Assembly: GCA_965232515.1 (NCBI GenBank)
Contig: CBDDPY010000002.1
Coordinates: 4,704,001 to 4,768,000 of the forward strand
Source: Alphaproteobacteria bacterium
GTDB taxonomy: Bacteria; Pseudomonadota; Alphaproteobacteria; GCA-2731375
Direction of reading: 5' to 3'
Length of the DNA stretch: 64,000 nt
In this document: positions 1 to 9,689 of the stretch, one piece after another
How the letters are laid out: every line of letters starts with the position of its first letter
Numbering within the stretch: position 1 is the stretch's first letter
Position numbers and translations under genes: made by a program
Notes under the pieces: model-generated
The model's input: the letters and a program-made list of their open reading frames with translations, nothing else
Databases searched by the model: none
What the model was told of the DNA's origin: nothing

Positions 1-188
1 GGCTAAGTGCAAGACATACAACAAAATTGTCGGTCTGAGGTGTTGTCGCGAACCGCCTTGTTGAAATGCCGCGCTGTGGTCCTATATTTGAACGATGTTC
101 ATTTAAGCATTTGGGCCGACGCGGCCGGCCCTCGCGATAGATCGCAAGGAAACGGTTCGTTAATTACGATTGACGTTGGATGGGGACC

Positions 189-2066
189 ATGCGCGAGCAC
201 AGTCAATTCACCCTCTTGGCGACCCGGCGGTTCCTGCCGATTTTCCTGACACAGTTTCTGGGCGCCTTTAACGACAACCTGTTCAAGAACGCCCTGCTGA
301 TCCTGGTGGTGTTCTCGGCCTCGGCCGAAACCGGCAATTTCCTCGTCAATCTCTGTGCCGGCCTGTTTATCCTGCCATTCTTCCTGTTGTCCGCGCTGGC
401 CGGTCAGGTCGCCGAGAAATTCGAAAAAGCGAAGCTGATCCAGCTTATCAAGCTGGGCGAAATCGGGATCATGGTGTTGGGCGCCATCGCGTTGATGACC
501 GACAACCTGCCGATGCTGATTGCCCTGCTGTTTTTGATGGGCGCGCAGTCGACGTTCTTCGGGCCCGTGAAATACAGCATTCTGCCGCAGCAGTTGCGCG
601 ATCACGAACTGGTCGGTGGCAACGGTCTGGTCGAGATGGGCACGTTTCTGGCGATCCTGTTCGGCACCATTGCCGGCGGCGTCCTGATCGCTCAGGACGA
701 CGGCCGCACGATCGTTGCGGCAGGCGTGGTCGTCTGCGCCATTGCCGGCTGGCTGACCAGCCGGCCGATCCCGAAGGCGGCGGCCGCGGCGCCTGATCTG
801 AAGATCGGTTGGAATCCGGTGACGGAGACGATGAACATCATCAGGATCGCCGGCCGGCGGGCCGCGGTGTTCAAGTCGATCCTGGGCATCTCGTGGTTCT
901 GGATGCTGGGCGCCGCCTATCTGACGCAGCTGCCGAACTTCACCCGGCTGACGCTGGGCGGCGACGCCGAGGTCGTGACGCTGCTGCTGGCCGTGTTCTC
1001 GGTGGGTATCGGCGTCGGATCGCTACTGTGCGAACGGTTGTCCGGGCACAAGGTCGAACTCGGTCTGGTACCGTTCGGGTCGATCGGTTTGAGCCTCTTC
1101 GGCTTCGACCTCTACGTTGCCGCCAATACGCCCTGGCCGGACGAGACGCTGCGCGGCCTGCTGCCGTTCGTTCAGGACCCCGGCAACTGGCGGGTGCTGT
1201 TCGACCTGGCGATGATCGGCGTGTTCGGCGGTTTCTATATCGTGCCGCTCTACGCCATCATTCAGAACCGGACCGAGCCGGAGTTCCGCGGCCGCGTGAT
1301 CGCCGCCAACAACATCATGAACGCGCTGTTCATGGTCGCCGCGGCGCTGCTCGCCATTCTTCTGCTGAATGTGGCGGGCCTGTCTATTCCCGTGTTCTTC
1401 CTGGTTATGGCGATCATAAATGTCGGTGTCGCCATCTACATCTACAGCCTGGTGCCGGAATTCTTCATGCGCTTCCTGGTCTGGCTGCTGACCAGCACGC
1501 TGTACCGGATCCGGCGCAGCGACCTCGACAAGATCCCCGAAGAGGGCGCGGCGCTACTGGTGTGCAACCATGTGAGCTACGTCGACGCGCTGATCATTGC
1601 CGGCTCGTGCCGTCGCCCGGTGCGGTTTGTGATGGACGCACGGATCTATAGCCTGCCGGTGCTGCGCTTTATCTGCCGGACGGCCGGCGCCATCCCGATC
1701 CTGTCCCAGCGGAAGGATCCGGAAACCTACGAGCGGGCCTTTCAAAAGATCGACGATTACCTCAAGGCTGGCGAGGTGGTGTGCATCTTTCCGGAAGGCA
1801 TGCTGACGCTAGATGGTGATATCAACGAATTTCGGCCGGGCGTGATGCGCATCCTCAAGGAGAACCCCGTGCCGGTCGTACCGTTGGCACTGCGCGGCCT
1901 TTGGGGCAGCTTCTTCAGTCGGGCCGATCTGCGCCGCAAATTCCGCTGGTTGCGGGAGTTCAAGCTGCGTATCGAACTGGTCGCCGGGGACATGATCGCG
2001 CCCGAGCAGGTCGCGCCCGACGTTCTGCAGACCAAAGTCTCGGCCTTGCGGGGCAACTGGGCCTGA
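189..2066 (+). CDS. MFS transporter fused to a C-terminal acyltransferase (LplT/Aas-like lysophospholipid transporter-acyltransferase)
   Basis: N-terminal TQFLGAFNDNLFKNAL and multiple TM helices; C-terminal NHVSYVD (HxxxxD) and FPEG acyltransferase motifs; no AMP-binding domain. Confidence 0.9.
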   Translation: MREHSQFTLLATRRFLPIFLTQFLGAFNDNLFKNALLILVVFSASAETGNFLVNLCAGLFILPFFLLSALAGQVAEKFEKAKLIQLIKLGEIGIMVLGAIALMTDNLPMLIALLFLMGAQSTFFGPVKYSILPQQLRDHELVGGNGLVEMGTFLAILFGTIAGGVLIAQDDGRTIVAAGVVVCAIAGWLTSRPIPKAAAAAPDLKIGWNPVTETMNIIRIAGRRAAVFKSILGISWFWMLGAAYLTQLPNFTRLTLGGDAEVVTLLLAVFSVGIGVGSLLCERLSGHKVELGLVPFGSIGLSLFGFDLYVAANTPWPDETLRGLLPFVQDPGNWRVLFDLAMIGVFGGFYIVPLYAIIQNRTEPEFRGRVIAANNIMNALFMVAAALLAILLLNVAGLSIPVFFLVMAIINVGVAIYIYSLVPEFFMRFLVWLLTSTLYRIRRSDLDKIPEEGAALLVCNHVSYVDALIIAGSCRRPVRFVMDARIYSLPVLRFICRTAGAIPILSQRKDPETYERAFQKIDDYLKAGEVVCIFPEGMLTLDGDINEFRPGVMRILKENPVPVVPLALRGLWGSFFSRADLRRKFRWLREFKLRIELVAGDMIAPEQVAPDVLQTKVSALRGNWA

Positions 2067-2146
2067 GTCGCTTTGTCCAAACGCGCGTGCAATCGCGATG
2101 CCGACACGATCAGGACGTCGCAAGGGATCTGGTGTAGCATCAAGAG

Positions 2147-2467
2147 ATGAAGAAGGAGGCCGAGACGGCGCTGCTGGGCACGAACCCGCGGCGATTTCGA
2201 ACGATCGCGCTGCTGGTGTCGGCGGCACTGCTGGTCCTGTTTGCGATCGTCTGGCTGAACCGGTTCGGCTACGAACAAATCACGACGCCCTACGGCGATG
2301 AGATCGCGGTCCGGGTCGACAAGCTGACGGGCAAGGCCTGCGTTATGTCGGCGCCGGAAAACCTGACCTCGGAGCAGCTGATCCGGGATGTGGGATACGG
2401 TCGCTGCGTCGGTCGGCGGATCGCGACAGCGCCGGCAGATGACGCCGCGCGTCAATCGCCGGATTGA
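2147..2467 (+). CDS. small single-pass membrane hypothetical protein
   Basis: 106-aa ORF with one hydrophobic helix and GC-typical codon use. Confidence 0.6.
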   Translation: MKKEAETALLGTNPRRFRTIALLVSAALLVLFAIVWLNRFGYEQITTPYGDEIAVRVDKLTGKACVMSAPENLTSEQLIRDVGYGRCVGRRIATAPADDAARQSPD

Positions 2468-2542
2468 CAATGGCCATCGATCACCCCCCTTCATATCTTC
2501 TTTGGCGACATTTTTCAGGCCTCTGGTTTCACGGTCTCGGGC

Positions 2543-5110
2543 GTGAACAACGATACTGGCGGTACGGTGACATTCGACACGGCGCCGGCATCGGGCGTCA
2601 TCGTCACGCTGCGCCAGGAGGTGCCGCTCGACCAGCCGTCAGCGCTGCCGAACCAGGGGCCGTTCCCCTCGCAGACGGTCGAGACGCAGATCGCCGACCG
2701 CATCGTCATGCAGAACAAGCAGCAGCAGGAGGAGCTTGATCGCTCGGTGAAGGTGGCGGTGTCGTCGACCTTGACGGAACTGGACCTGACGCCGGCGCCG
2801 GGGCAGTTCGTGGCCTGGAACCAGGCTGGCGATGCGCTGATCGGGACGGATGCGACGCCGAACACGGTGCCGGTCTCGACCTTCGGCGCCACGCTGGTCG
2901 ACGACCCGGACGCCTCGGCCGCCCTGACGACGCTCGGGTATTCCGACTACGTCAAGAACAATCTGATCGCCTCGTCCTCGGCCGATGCGCACCTAACCAC
3001 GCTGTTGCCGGCGATCGACACGGTGCTGGAGACCACCACCGGCCTGGTCGACGTCGGCGTGTTCCATCCGGCGATTGACGAGCATCCCGAGTGGTACGAC
3101 GGCGTCACTGGCGCGCGCAGCCGCTTCATGATGGTCACGGCCCAGACCGCCGGCGGCAACTCGACGGTGAAGATCTGGGATCTGACCGTCGCGACGCCGG
3201 TCGTCCTGCAGAGCGAAACGCTCAACAACTCCGTCGTCTCGGCGATCTCGGACATAAAGGGCGGCGTGATCGCCATCGCGACCGAAGACGGCCTGTTCCG
3301 CCGTGGCTGGACGAGGACCGGGTTCGGTACACTGCGGGACGGCCTGCCGGACCCGATCACCAGCAGCACGGTCCCGGCGCTGACGAACAACGATCTCGAC
3401 GACGTGTGCATCGGCTACAGCGACCGGCCGGCCGCCAACCCGGCGACGAGCGGCAAGAAGCCGACGATCGGCGGCATCTATGGCACGGGCGCCGACGCAG
3501 CTTTCATCCTGAAAGACGACGGTCAATCGTTTGATCAAGCCGGTACCGTCGGCGATGTCGGCTGTGGGATCTCGGTGGGATGGTTCTATTATTCGGAGGC
3601 GCCAGCGTCTCACCGAATGATAACCACGCGGATCTCGGAAATCACCGGTGATGACTGGGCGCAGTTTATCTTCCTGGAAAACGACCAAGACCCCTACGGC
3701 TTTGGCGCCGACAACGGGTTCGACATCACACCGGCGCAGGACTTTGCCGGCGCGTCCGTAGATGGCCTGACCATCGGCAAAGTCCTAGGCGACAATCGAG
3801 AGGTCGACGAACGGTTCACGGCGCTGGTCAATCGGACGTATACCACTGGCTGGCTCGTCGGCGACATCCGCGGTGCATGGCTGGCAAACAGCAAGACGCT
3901 GGATCGCTCGTATCTTGGCAACGCGCTGACTGAGAACGGCACGATAGTCGAGGCCGATGCCGCAACCGACGCGGAACTGAAGGTCTACAGCGGCTTTAGC
4001 GACGCCAACTATTTGAGCCGGGCATACGATGCCGATCTCGATCTCGGAACGGGCGATTACTATGTCGTCCTATGGATCAAGGCGACGACGCCCACCGGCA
4101 CCGACACGGTCATTCACCGCGACGACGCCAGTGGCAACAATCCGAACTACCGCCTCGAAATCAATTCGAGCGGTCATCTAATTTGGAACTGGGGCGTGAG
4201 GAACGGCACGGCTCATGCTCTGTCGACGGCTTCTGTTGGCATTAACTTCGCTGACGACCAGCCGCATCTTGTGCTGGCGACCAGGCGCGGCGATACGACC
4301 TACCTGTTCGTTGATGGCAGAGAGATTGTAAACACCGGCGCTGGCGGCGCGCAGACCCTTACGAGCGGCACGGCGCTGCTCTATATCGGGCGGCATCTCA
4401 GCATCACGCCTAGCGGAGCCGACACGACAGCCACGGCCCTCCTGCGAATCGGGCTCGGTACGGTCAGCGATGCGCAATTTCGGCACATGTACGAGACCGA
4501 GCGGCGGTTGTTCGAGGTCAACGCCAAGTGTCTGCTGCAGAGCAGCACGTCTGACGCGGTGCAAAGCGTAGCCATTGATCCGGTGACATCAGACCTGTTC
4601 GTCGGCCAGGCGGACAGCCTGCAGCGTTTTCAGGGCCTGTCGGTGGCGGCGGTACGCTTGGCGGCAAGCGAGACCTGGACGAGCGACGACCACAAGGGCA
4701 TCCGGGCGGCGGGCGGTGCGTTGCTGCTGGCGAACGCGGCCGAGAGCTATGCGTCGGCGCCGGCCATCGATCTGCGCGACGAGCTGGCCGCGGAAGACTT
4801 GGGAGCCCGCCCAGATCCATCCAAAGCTGGCGCATGGGTCGAATTCTCGGGCAGCGCCAGCGCGACGATACGGAACGCGTTCAACATTAGATCCGTGACG
4901 CGCACCGATACCGGCGACTACACGATCGTCTTTGCCACGCCTTTCAAGGTCGGGCCGGCCGTCAGCATCGCGTCGGGCCAGCCAAACAACATCCTGGCGT
5001 CAAATCCCGGTCGCGACCAGATCAGCGTCACGCTCACTGACGCCGCCAACACGCCGGCCGACAGTTCGTCGGTCAATGTCATCTGTTTCGGCGAGCTGGA
5101 GGACGGTTGA
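2543..5110 (+). CDS. phage tail-fibre-like protein with LamG/concanavalin-like domain, probably 5'-truncated
   Basis: GGTVTFDTAPASGVIVTLRQEVPLDQ...FPSQTVE...DR resembles a podovirus tail-fibre attachment domain; central LamG-like segment (WIK...HLVLATRRGDTTYLFVDG); C-terminal AWVEFSG...FNIRSVTRTDTGDYTIVF tail-fibre motif. Confidence 0.75.
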   Translation: MNNDTGGTVTFDTAPASGVIVTLRQEVPLDQPSALPNQGPFPSQTVETQIADRIVMQNKQQQEELDRSVKVAVSSTLTELDLTPAPGQFVAWNQAGDALIGTDATPNTVPVSTFGATLVDDPDASAALTTLGYSDYVKNNLIASSSADAHLTTLLPAIDTVLETTTGLVDVGVFHPAIDEHPEWYDGVTGARSRFMMVTAQTAGGNSTVKIWDLTVATPVVLQSETLNNSVVSAISDIKGGVIAIATEDGLFRRGWTRTGFGTLRDGLPDPITSSTVPALTNNDLDDVCIGYSDRPAANPATSGKKPTIGGIYGTGADAAFILKDDGQSFDQAGTVGDVGCGISVGWFYYSEAPASHRMITTRISEITGDDWAQFIFLENDQDPYGFGADNGFDITPAQDFAGASVDGLTIGKVLGDNREVDERFTALVNRTYTTGWLVGDIRGAWLANSKTLDRSYLGNALTENGTIVEADAATDAELKVYSGFSDANYLSRAYDADLDLGTGDYYVVLWIKATTPTGTDTVIHRDDASGNNPNYRLEINSSGHLIWNWGVRNGTAHALSTASVGINFADDQPHLVLATRRGDTTYLFVDGREIVNTGAGGAQTLTSGTALLYIGRHLSITPSGADTTATALLRIGLGTVSDAQFRHMYETERRLFEVNAKCLLQSSTSDAVQSVAIDPVTSDLFVGQADSLQRFQGLSVAAVRLAASETWTSDDHKGIRAAGGALLLANAAESYASAPAIDLRDELAAEDLGARPDPSKAGAWVEFSGSASATIRNAFNIRSVTRTDTGDYTIVFATPFKVGPAVSIASGQPNNILASNPGRDQISVTLTDAANTPADSSSVNVICFGELEDG

Positions 5111-5413
5111 TTGAGACTGTTCCTTGCCCTGCTGCTGACCGCCGGCCTTGTGGCCGGCTTTTTCGTGCCCGCCGCCGCGCAGCCGATCTGCGGGCCGCGT
5201 GACGTGATCCTGGACGGCCTGCGCGAGCGCCATGGCGAGGTGGTGATCTGGGCCGGCGAGGCGATGGGCGGCGGCTATGTCGAGCTCTACCAGAGCCAGA
5301 AGCGGACATGGAGCCTGCTGGTGACCACCGGCAAAAACACCTGCCTGTTCTCCGCTGGCGAGGACGGGCAGCAATTCCTGATGCGGTTCGGCAAATCCGG
5401 GGAGTTCCTATGA
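5111..5413 (+). CDS. small secreted hypothetical protein
   Basis: Signal peptide followed by CGPRD...TWSLLVT...TCL two-Cys pattern; TTG start abuts the upstream stop. Confidence 0.65.
   Translation: MRLFLALLLTAGLVAGFFVPAAAQPICGPRDVILDGLRERHGEVVIWAGEAMGGGYVELYQSQKRTWSLLVTTGKNTCLFSAGEDGQQFLMRFGKSGEFL
5141..5163 (+). terminator. intrinsic terminator-like hairpin just after the tail-fibre gene
   Basis: GCCGGCC-ttgt-GGCCGGC-TTTTT. Confidence 0.45.
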
Positions 5414-5664
5414 GTGATCACGGTTGGCATCTGAAGAAAGAGGTTTCGGTCGGCCACATCATCACCACCGCGACGATCTTCATGTCGGCGGTCGCCTATG
5501 TGATCTCGGTCGAGACCCGGTTCAAAGAGGCCGAGATGCGCGACTTGCAGATTGTCGCGCGCATGGACCGGGCGGACGCCTGGCAGCAGGAGGAGTTCGC
5601 CGAGGTCAAAACGTACCTCCGTCGGATCGAGGACAAACTGGACCGAAAGGCCGACAAGCCATGA
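5410..5664 (+). CDS. putative phage holin-like membrane protein
   Basis: 84 aa: WHLKKEV, one TM helix, then a charged coiled coil ending RIEDKLDRK; ATGA overlaps at both ends. Confidence 0.55.
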   Translation: MSDHGWHLKKEVSVGHIITTATIFMSAVAYVISVETRFKEAEMRDLQIVARMDRADAWQQEEFAEVKTYLRRIEDKLDRKADKP

Positions 5665-7139
5665 AACACCTTCTCGCGCTGGCGCTCGCCGCGCTGGTGA
5701 TCCTGCCGCCTGCCATGGCGCCGGCGGAACCGATCCCGCTGACCATCGACGCGGCGACGCCTGAACAGGTCGACGCGCTCGACGAACGGTTGCGGGCGCT
5801 ATCGGCCACCGTCGAAGCCATGGGCGATGTCCGGGGCGATATGGCGGCCGTCAGGGCCGATCTGGCGACGCTGGCGGCCGACGTGGCCGCGCTCAGGAAC
5901 GACGTCACGGCGCTGATCGAGACCGTCGGCCAGCATACGGGCACGCTCGCGGACAATGCCGCTGATGTCGCCGATATCGAGGCCAAGCTTGCGGACATCG
6001 AAGGGCGCGTCACGGATCTGGAAGCCCGGTTGAAGCCCGACCCCGTTGTCATCGCGCGGACGGAAACCGAATTGCGCGTGCTGGCGGCCGCGGCGCCGAT
6101 CCTTGCGTACAACAGGCCGGGGCCGGATCGGGTGGCGTGCAGCCGGGATTGGCCCTGTATCGCGGACTTGAACGCAAATCCGCAGTATCAGGGCCGGCCG
6201 TTCGTCTATGGCTCGATCCTTCAGGCCGATCGCGCCTGGCGGGATTGGCGGGCGAAGGGCATTGCCATCGTGCCGGGGCTGCACAACATGCGGCGGATCG
6301 GCACCTATACGGACAGCCGGCCGAAGACATCGAACGAGAACTTCGCCCGGCATGCCACGCTGATCCGGGCGCAGGACAAGACCGCCTTTACCGAGATCGA
6401 TTGCCGCGATGGCTGGCCGCGCGGCGGGGACTTCTGCTGGCAGCACGTCGGCGACTTCGTGCAGACGTTCGAGGGCTTCCGCATCTGCGGCGCGCTGGCG
6501 AAGAACCGCCGGGCTAACCTCGGGGCGCCGAGCGGCAAGGACTCGCGCATCGTCACCATCGGCATGACGCTGTGCGAGGGCGACAACGGCATCCGCACCA
6601 CGGGCCGGTGGGTGGCGATGTTCGATACCCGCATGTTCGACAATGCCAACAGCGGCCAGGCGCACGGGGCCTACATCTCGAACGACAACAAGCGCGGCGT
6701 GACCTGCCCCATCGTCGTGGCCGTCAACGTGGTCTCGACCGGCAATCGGCTGGCGCACGGTCTGAAATGGCGCTGCGCCAAGGCCTATGTCAAAGGCGGT
6801 GTCTACGAGAGCGCCAACGGCTTCTGCATCGACAATGCCGAGGGCGGCGACGCGCTGATCGAGGGCATCACCTGCCTGAAGCCGCCCGGCAGCCAGTGGG
6901 TGGCGATCGCGCACGGCCGCGACAAGGCGAACCACGACGGCACGCCGGCGAAGGACTACACGCGAACGCATCTCTGCCGGCACAAGGGCCGAATGGTCCT
7001 GCGCCACGTCAAGGTCAAGGTCACGCGGCAGACCGGCGCTGAGATCTGGCTGCACCCGTTCGCATGTAACGGCGGCGATATCATTAGTCTGACAAAGGAA
7101 GGCGCGGCCGGCACAAGCGGACCGTGGCGGGTGCTCTAA
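5661..7139 (+). CDS. secreted coiled-coil plus putative right-handed beta-helix (pectin-lyase-like) protein
   Basis: Signal peptide MKHLLALALAALVILPPAMA; heptad repeats; C-terminal GDNGI...AHGAYIS...AHGLKWR beta-helix-like repeats. Confidence 0.6.
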   Translation: MKHLLALALAALVILPPAMAPAEPIPLTIDAATPEQVDALDERLRALSATVEAMGDVRGDMAAVRADLATLAADVAALRNDVTALIETVGQHTGTLADNAADVADIEAKLADIEGRVTDLEARLKPDPVVIARTETELRVLAAAAPILAYNRPGPDRVACSRDWPCIADLNANPQYQGRPFVYGSILQADRAWRDWRAKGIAIVPGLHNMRRIGTYTDSRPKTSNENFARHATLIRAQDKTAFTEIDCRDGWPRGGDFCWQHVGDFVQTFEGFRICGALAKNRRANLGAPSGKDSRIVTIGMTLCEGDNGIRTTGRWVAMFDTRMFDNANSGQAHGAYISNDNKRGVTCPIVVAVNVVSTGNRLAHGLKWRCAKAYVKGGVYESANGFCIDNAEGGDALIEGITCLKPPGSQWVAIAHGRDKANHDGTPAKDYTRTHLCRHKGRMVLRHVKVKVTRQTGAEIWLHPFACNGGDIISLTKEGAAGTSGPWRVL

Positions 7140-7273
7140 TGAATGGAAATCAACTCTCTCTGATCGTCGCCGGCGCGGTGGTTTGTGCGCTGGCCGTGGC
7201 CGCATCGCTGCTCGGCATCGATCTCGAGACACTGATGGGCGCGCTCGAGACCACACAGGAGCTATCGGAATGA
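7139..7273 (+). CDS. 44-aa single-TM small protein (absent from the ORF track)
   Basis: MNGNQLSLIVAGAVVCALAVAASLLGIDLETLMGALETTQELSE; TAATG overlap upstream and ATGA overlap downstream suggest translational coupling. Confidence 0.55.
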   Translation: MNGNQLSLIVAGAVVCALAVAASLLGIDLETLMGALETTQELSE

Positions 7274-7524
7274 GGCGCCGTTCTCTGACCCTCACCGCGG
7301 CGGCTACGGCCGCCGTTTTGATGTCGGGCTGTGTCTCAACCGTCATGCCCGAGGTGGGTTCCATCGACGACCTGATCATCGGCCGCATCCAAGGCGCGGT
7401 GAATGAGTACTGCCGAAAGCCGGAACCACTGCGGTTCGCCTATCGCGCCATTGCTGCGGATGCAACTTATCCACATGCGATCAGGATAGAGTGCGCCGAG
7501 GCATCGATCACCGATCCGACTTAA
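7270..7524 (+). CDS. small lipoprotein (spanin-like position)
   Basis: MRRRSLTLTAAATAAVLMSG-C lipobox; ATGA overlap with the preceding ORF. Confidence 0.6.
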   Translation: MRRRSLTLTAAATAAVLMSGCVSTVMPEVGSIDDLIIGRIQGAVNEYCRKPEPLRFAYRAIAADATYPHAIRIECAEASITDPT

Positions 7525-7642
7525 TTGGCGCCGATGCATCGGGGTGGAGCCTTGCAATGTTCTGCCGAGGTAGGCTAACCGACGTCCGCTCGCCACGTTC
7601 GGTCGCAAGCTCCAAATTTGATTCTCTGTCGCGCGACGCTAG

Positions 7643-7876
7643 CTAGTGTACGGAGCCGACCGGAATGTCGTTCTGGAATTCTTCGACAGCCGACATGACT
7701 TGCAGCCAAAGGTGCCATGATTCCAGATCTCCGGCATTGAAAGACTCGTCGGATAACTCGGCTGCCCGAATTGCAGCGTCGTCTCCATGGGCGTCAATCA
7801 GCGGAATGGCCAATCGCCAAATCTCGGCGTAGCTTACCGGACTGTTGGCGAGCGGTTCTGTGCTCCGACCGCGCAT
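7643..7876 (-). CDS. small hypothetical protein
   Basis: IWRLA..LIDAHGDDAAIRAAE...GDLESWHLW pattern recalled from small alphaproteobacterial hypothetical proteins; start uncertain (could be 7960). Confidence 0.6.
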   Translation of the reverse strand: MRGRSTEPLANSPVSYAEIWRLAIPLIDAHGDDAAIRAAELSDESFNAGDLESWHLWLQVMSAVEEFQNDIPVGSVH

Positions 7877-8394
7877 GTTATCAGCGCCTTTCGCATTGTC
7901 GGCACACGGACTGGTAATACTTGAAACAGCCGTGATGCTGAGAACGAACAGAGATTTCACGCATCTCTGGAAGCAGATGCAGTCGCCAAGTACCTGACGA
8001 CAGATATGCTCTATTGCGCCACGAGTTTGTTAATGAAGAGTAAAAGAAGCAATTTGTTGAGCCCTCGTTATGAACAGGTTGCGAGATTCTGTCCTTAATG
8101 AAATTTCGGTTGTATTGTTCGACCAGACATATTCGTCGATAAATTGTTAAATCGGATTGGGGAGGTTTGCAATAGAAATCACGGCTGAATCTCTACTAGA
8201 TCCATTGGCGCCTTTCTGTACTGCCGAAAAATTCAGGCTCAAATAGTATTCCTGTCTCCAAAGCAAACAGAAAAATACTAATGATCTCTCAATTATCGAA
8301 AATTCTCTTGCCCACAATTTGTCAAAAGGGTGTAAAACTTATCATAATTATATTTTATATTGAGGTGATGCGTTCTAATTTTCAACTTCGATTC

Positions 8395-8408
8395 TTGATC
8401 TAGATCAC
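8395..8408. promoter_or_regulatory. FNR/FixK-like box
   Basis: TTGAT-CTAG-ATCAC versus consensus TTGAT-N4-ATCAA; a second copy TTGAT-CTAG-ATTAT lies at 8527-8540. Confidence 0.45.
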
Positions 8409-8531
8409 CGTTTCAATTTTGCGACTGGATTGTATTCAAAACTTAGTCGCGCACCGCACGACAGACCATGCGGTCACTAAATACCGGTTGGCGAAAGTAT
8501 TGGTATATTGATTATTTTGGAGGCTTTTGAT

Positions 8532-9035
8532 CTAGATTATTTCAAGTGAATCCGCCATAGGCCCTTTATGGCCCATTCGTACCGACAAACGCACACGCTG
8601 GTCGGGGGCGAGTGTCACCAACCCAGCACGTTCCAAAGTGCGACCCGAGACGAATATATCCTTACTGCCGTCATCCGGTGTGACAAATCCAAATCCTCTT
8701 TCGGAACTGAAGAATTTGACTTTGCCTTCAACCGTTTGATTGCCGTGATCCGATCCCATTGATTGAACCGGCGTTTCCGGCATGGAGGTAATGCTGTGAA
8801 TAGCTGCGACCTGAGGCCCGCGGCGCCCTTCCGACAAGTCACAGACAATCGATGCTCCTGGGGGAAGGGTGGCGTGTCCTGAACGCTCGACGACCGAAAT
8901 ATGGAGGAACGCATCGGGCGATCCATCTTCCGGTTGAACAAATCCAAATCCCTTTGTTGGATTGAACCACTTAACAACTGCACTAATGTTGTGCTGTGTG
9001 ATTTCAGGTTCGCTGAAATTGCGCCCGTCGGTCAT
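8532..9035 (-). CDS. cold-shock protein with two CSD domains
   Basis: Two RNP1/RNP2 sets: VKWFNPTKGFGFV...DAFLH and VKFFSSERGFGFV...DIFVS. Confidence 0.92.
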   Translation of the reverse strand: MTDGRNFSEPEITQHNISAVVKWFNPTKGFGFVQPEDGSPDAFLHISVVERSGHATLPPGASIVCDLSEGRRGPQVAAIHSITSMPETPVQSMGSDHGNQTVEGKVKFFSSERGFGFVTPDDGSKDIFVSGRTLERAGLVTLAPDQRVRLSVRMGHKGPMADSLEII

Positions 9036-9689
9036 TTTTCGTGAGGCTCCGGAACAAAGTGATCGTAAACCGTTCCTAACTTAGCACTTGCACCTATGCT
9101 GTAAGGGCAATGCCTATCCTATTGGTGACCCATTCATTGGGTCGAATGAGCAGATCGGACATCTCGATCCGCACTGTCGCTCCTGTTCTTCGGGGAGAGG
9201 CCGCCGATGAAAAAGTCGCGGAAGCAGAGCTTAGCATAGCTTTTCTCGGAGATTATAGAATTGTTTCGCCGGTACTAGGAACCTTGAGCTGGTATGCCGG
9301 CATAGCAGAAGCGTAGAGCGGCGGCGAACGATCTGACTGGATGCACGGTGGTTGGCAGCTTTATTGGTTCAGTCTGCAATCCAGATGTGTGCTGACTGTG
9401 CTTGTTGTCCTGGTTGACCGAGCGTTTGCCGCTTACCGAGAACAATCCGCGTGCTACTGTTGTCTGTCAAACGTTTGGCTGGCACACCATCGTTCCGTCG
9501 ACGAGCGCCGCTCGAAGATGGTCGACGCGGCGGCGCGCCGAAGTTGTTAGAAAATCTCTACCGATGCTATGTTGCGCACCCGCTGGCAGACATCATATTA
9601 AGTCGCATATCTGCCTTAGTCTGGCGGGGTATGTTCAGACCCGATAGATATTGTGTTGGAAAACGATTGGCTTGAATAAGGCGGGGTCG

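Larger units (their letters stand above)
2468..7524 (+). mobile_element. prophage remnant (tail fibre plus putative lysis cassette)
   Basis: Co-oriented, tightly overlapping ORFs of phage late-gene type; no integrase, capsid or terminase in the window; boundaries approximate. Confidence 0.65.

Noticed and set aside
60-101. TTGAA-N15-CCTATAT promoter-like motif and TGAAC-N3-GTTCA palindrome
   Set aside because: Plausible promoter/operator, but the sigma factor and regulator cannot be assigned; ordinary
9036-9689. Short ORFs between the csp and USP genes
   Set aside because: No recognisable motifs, RBS or coding bias
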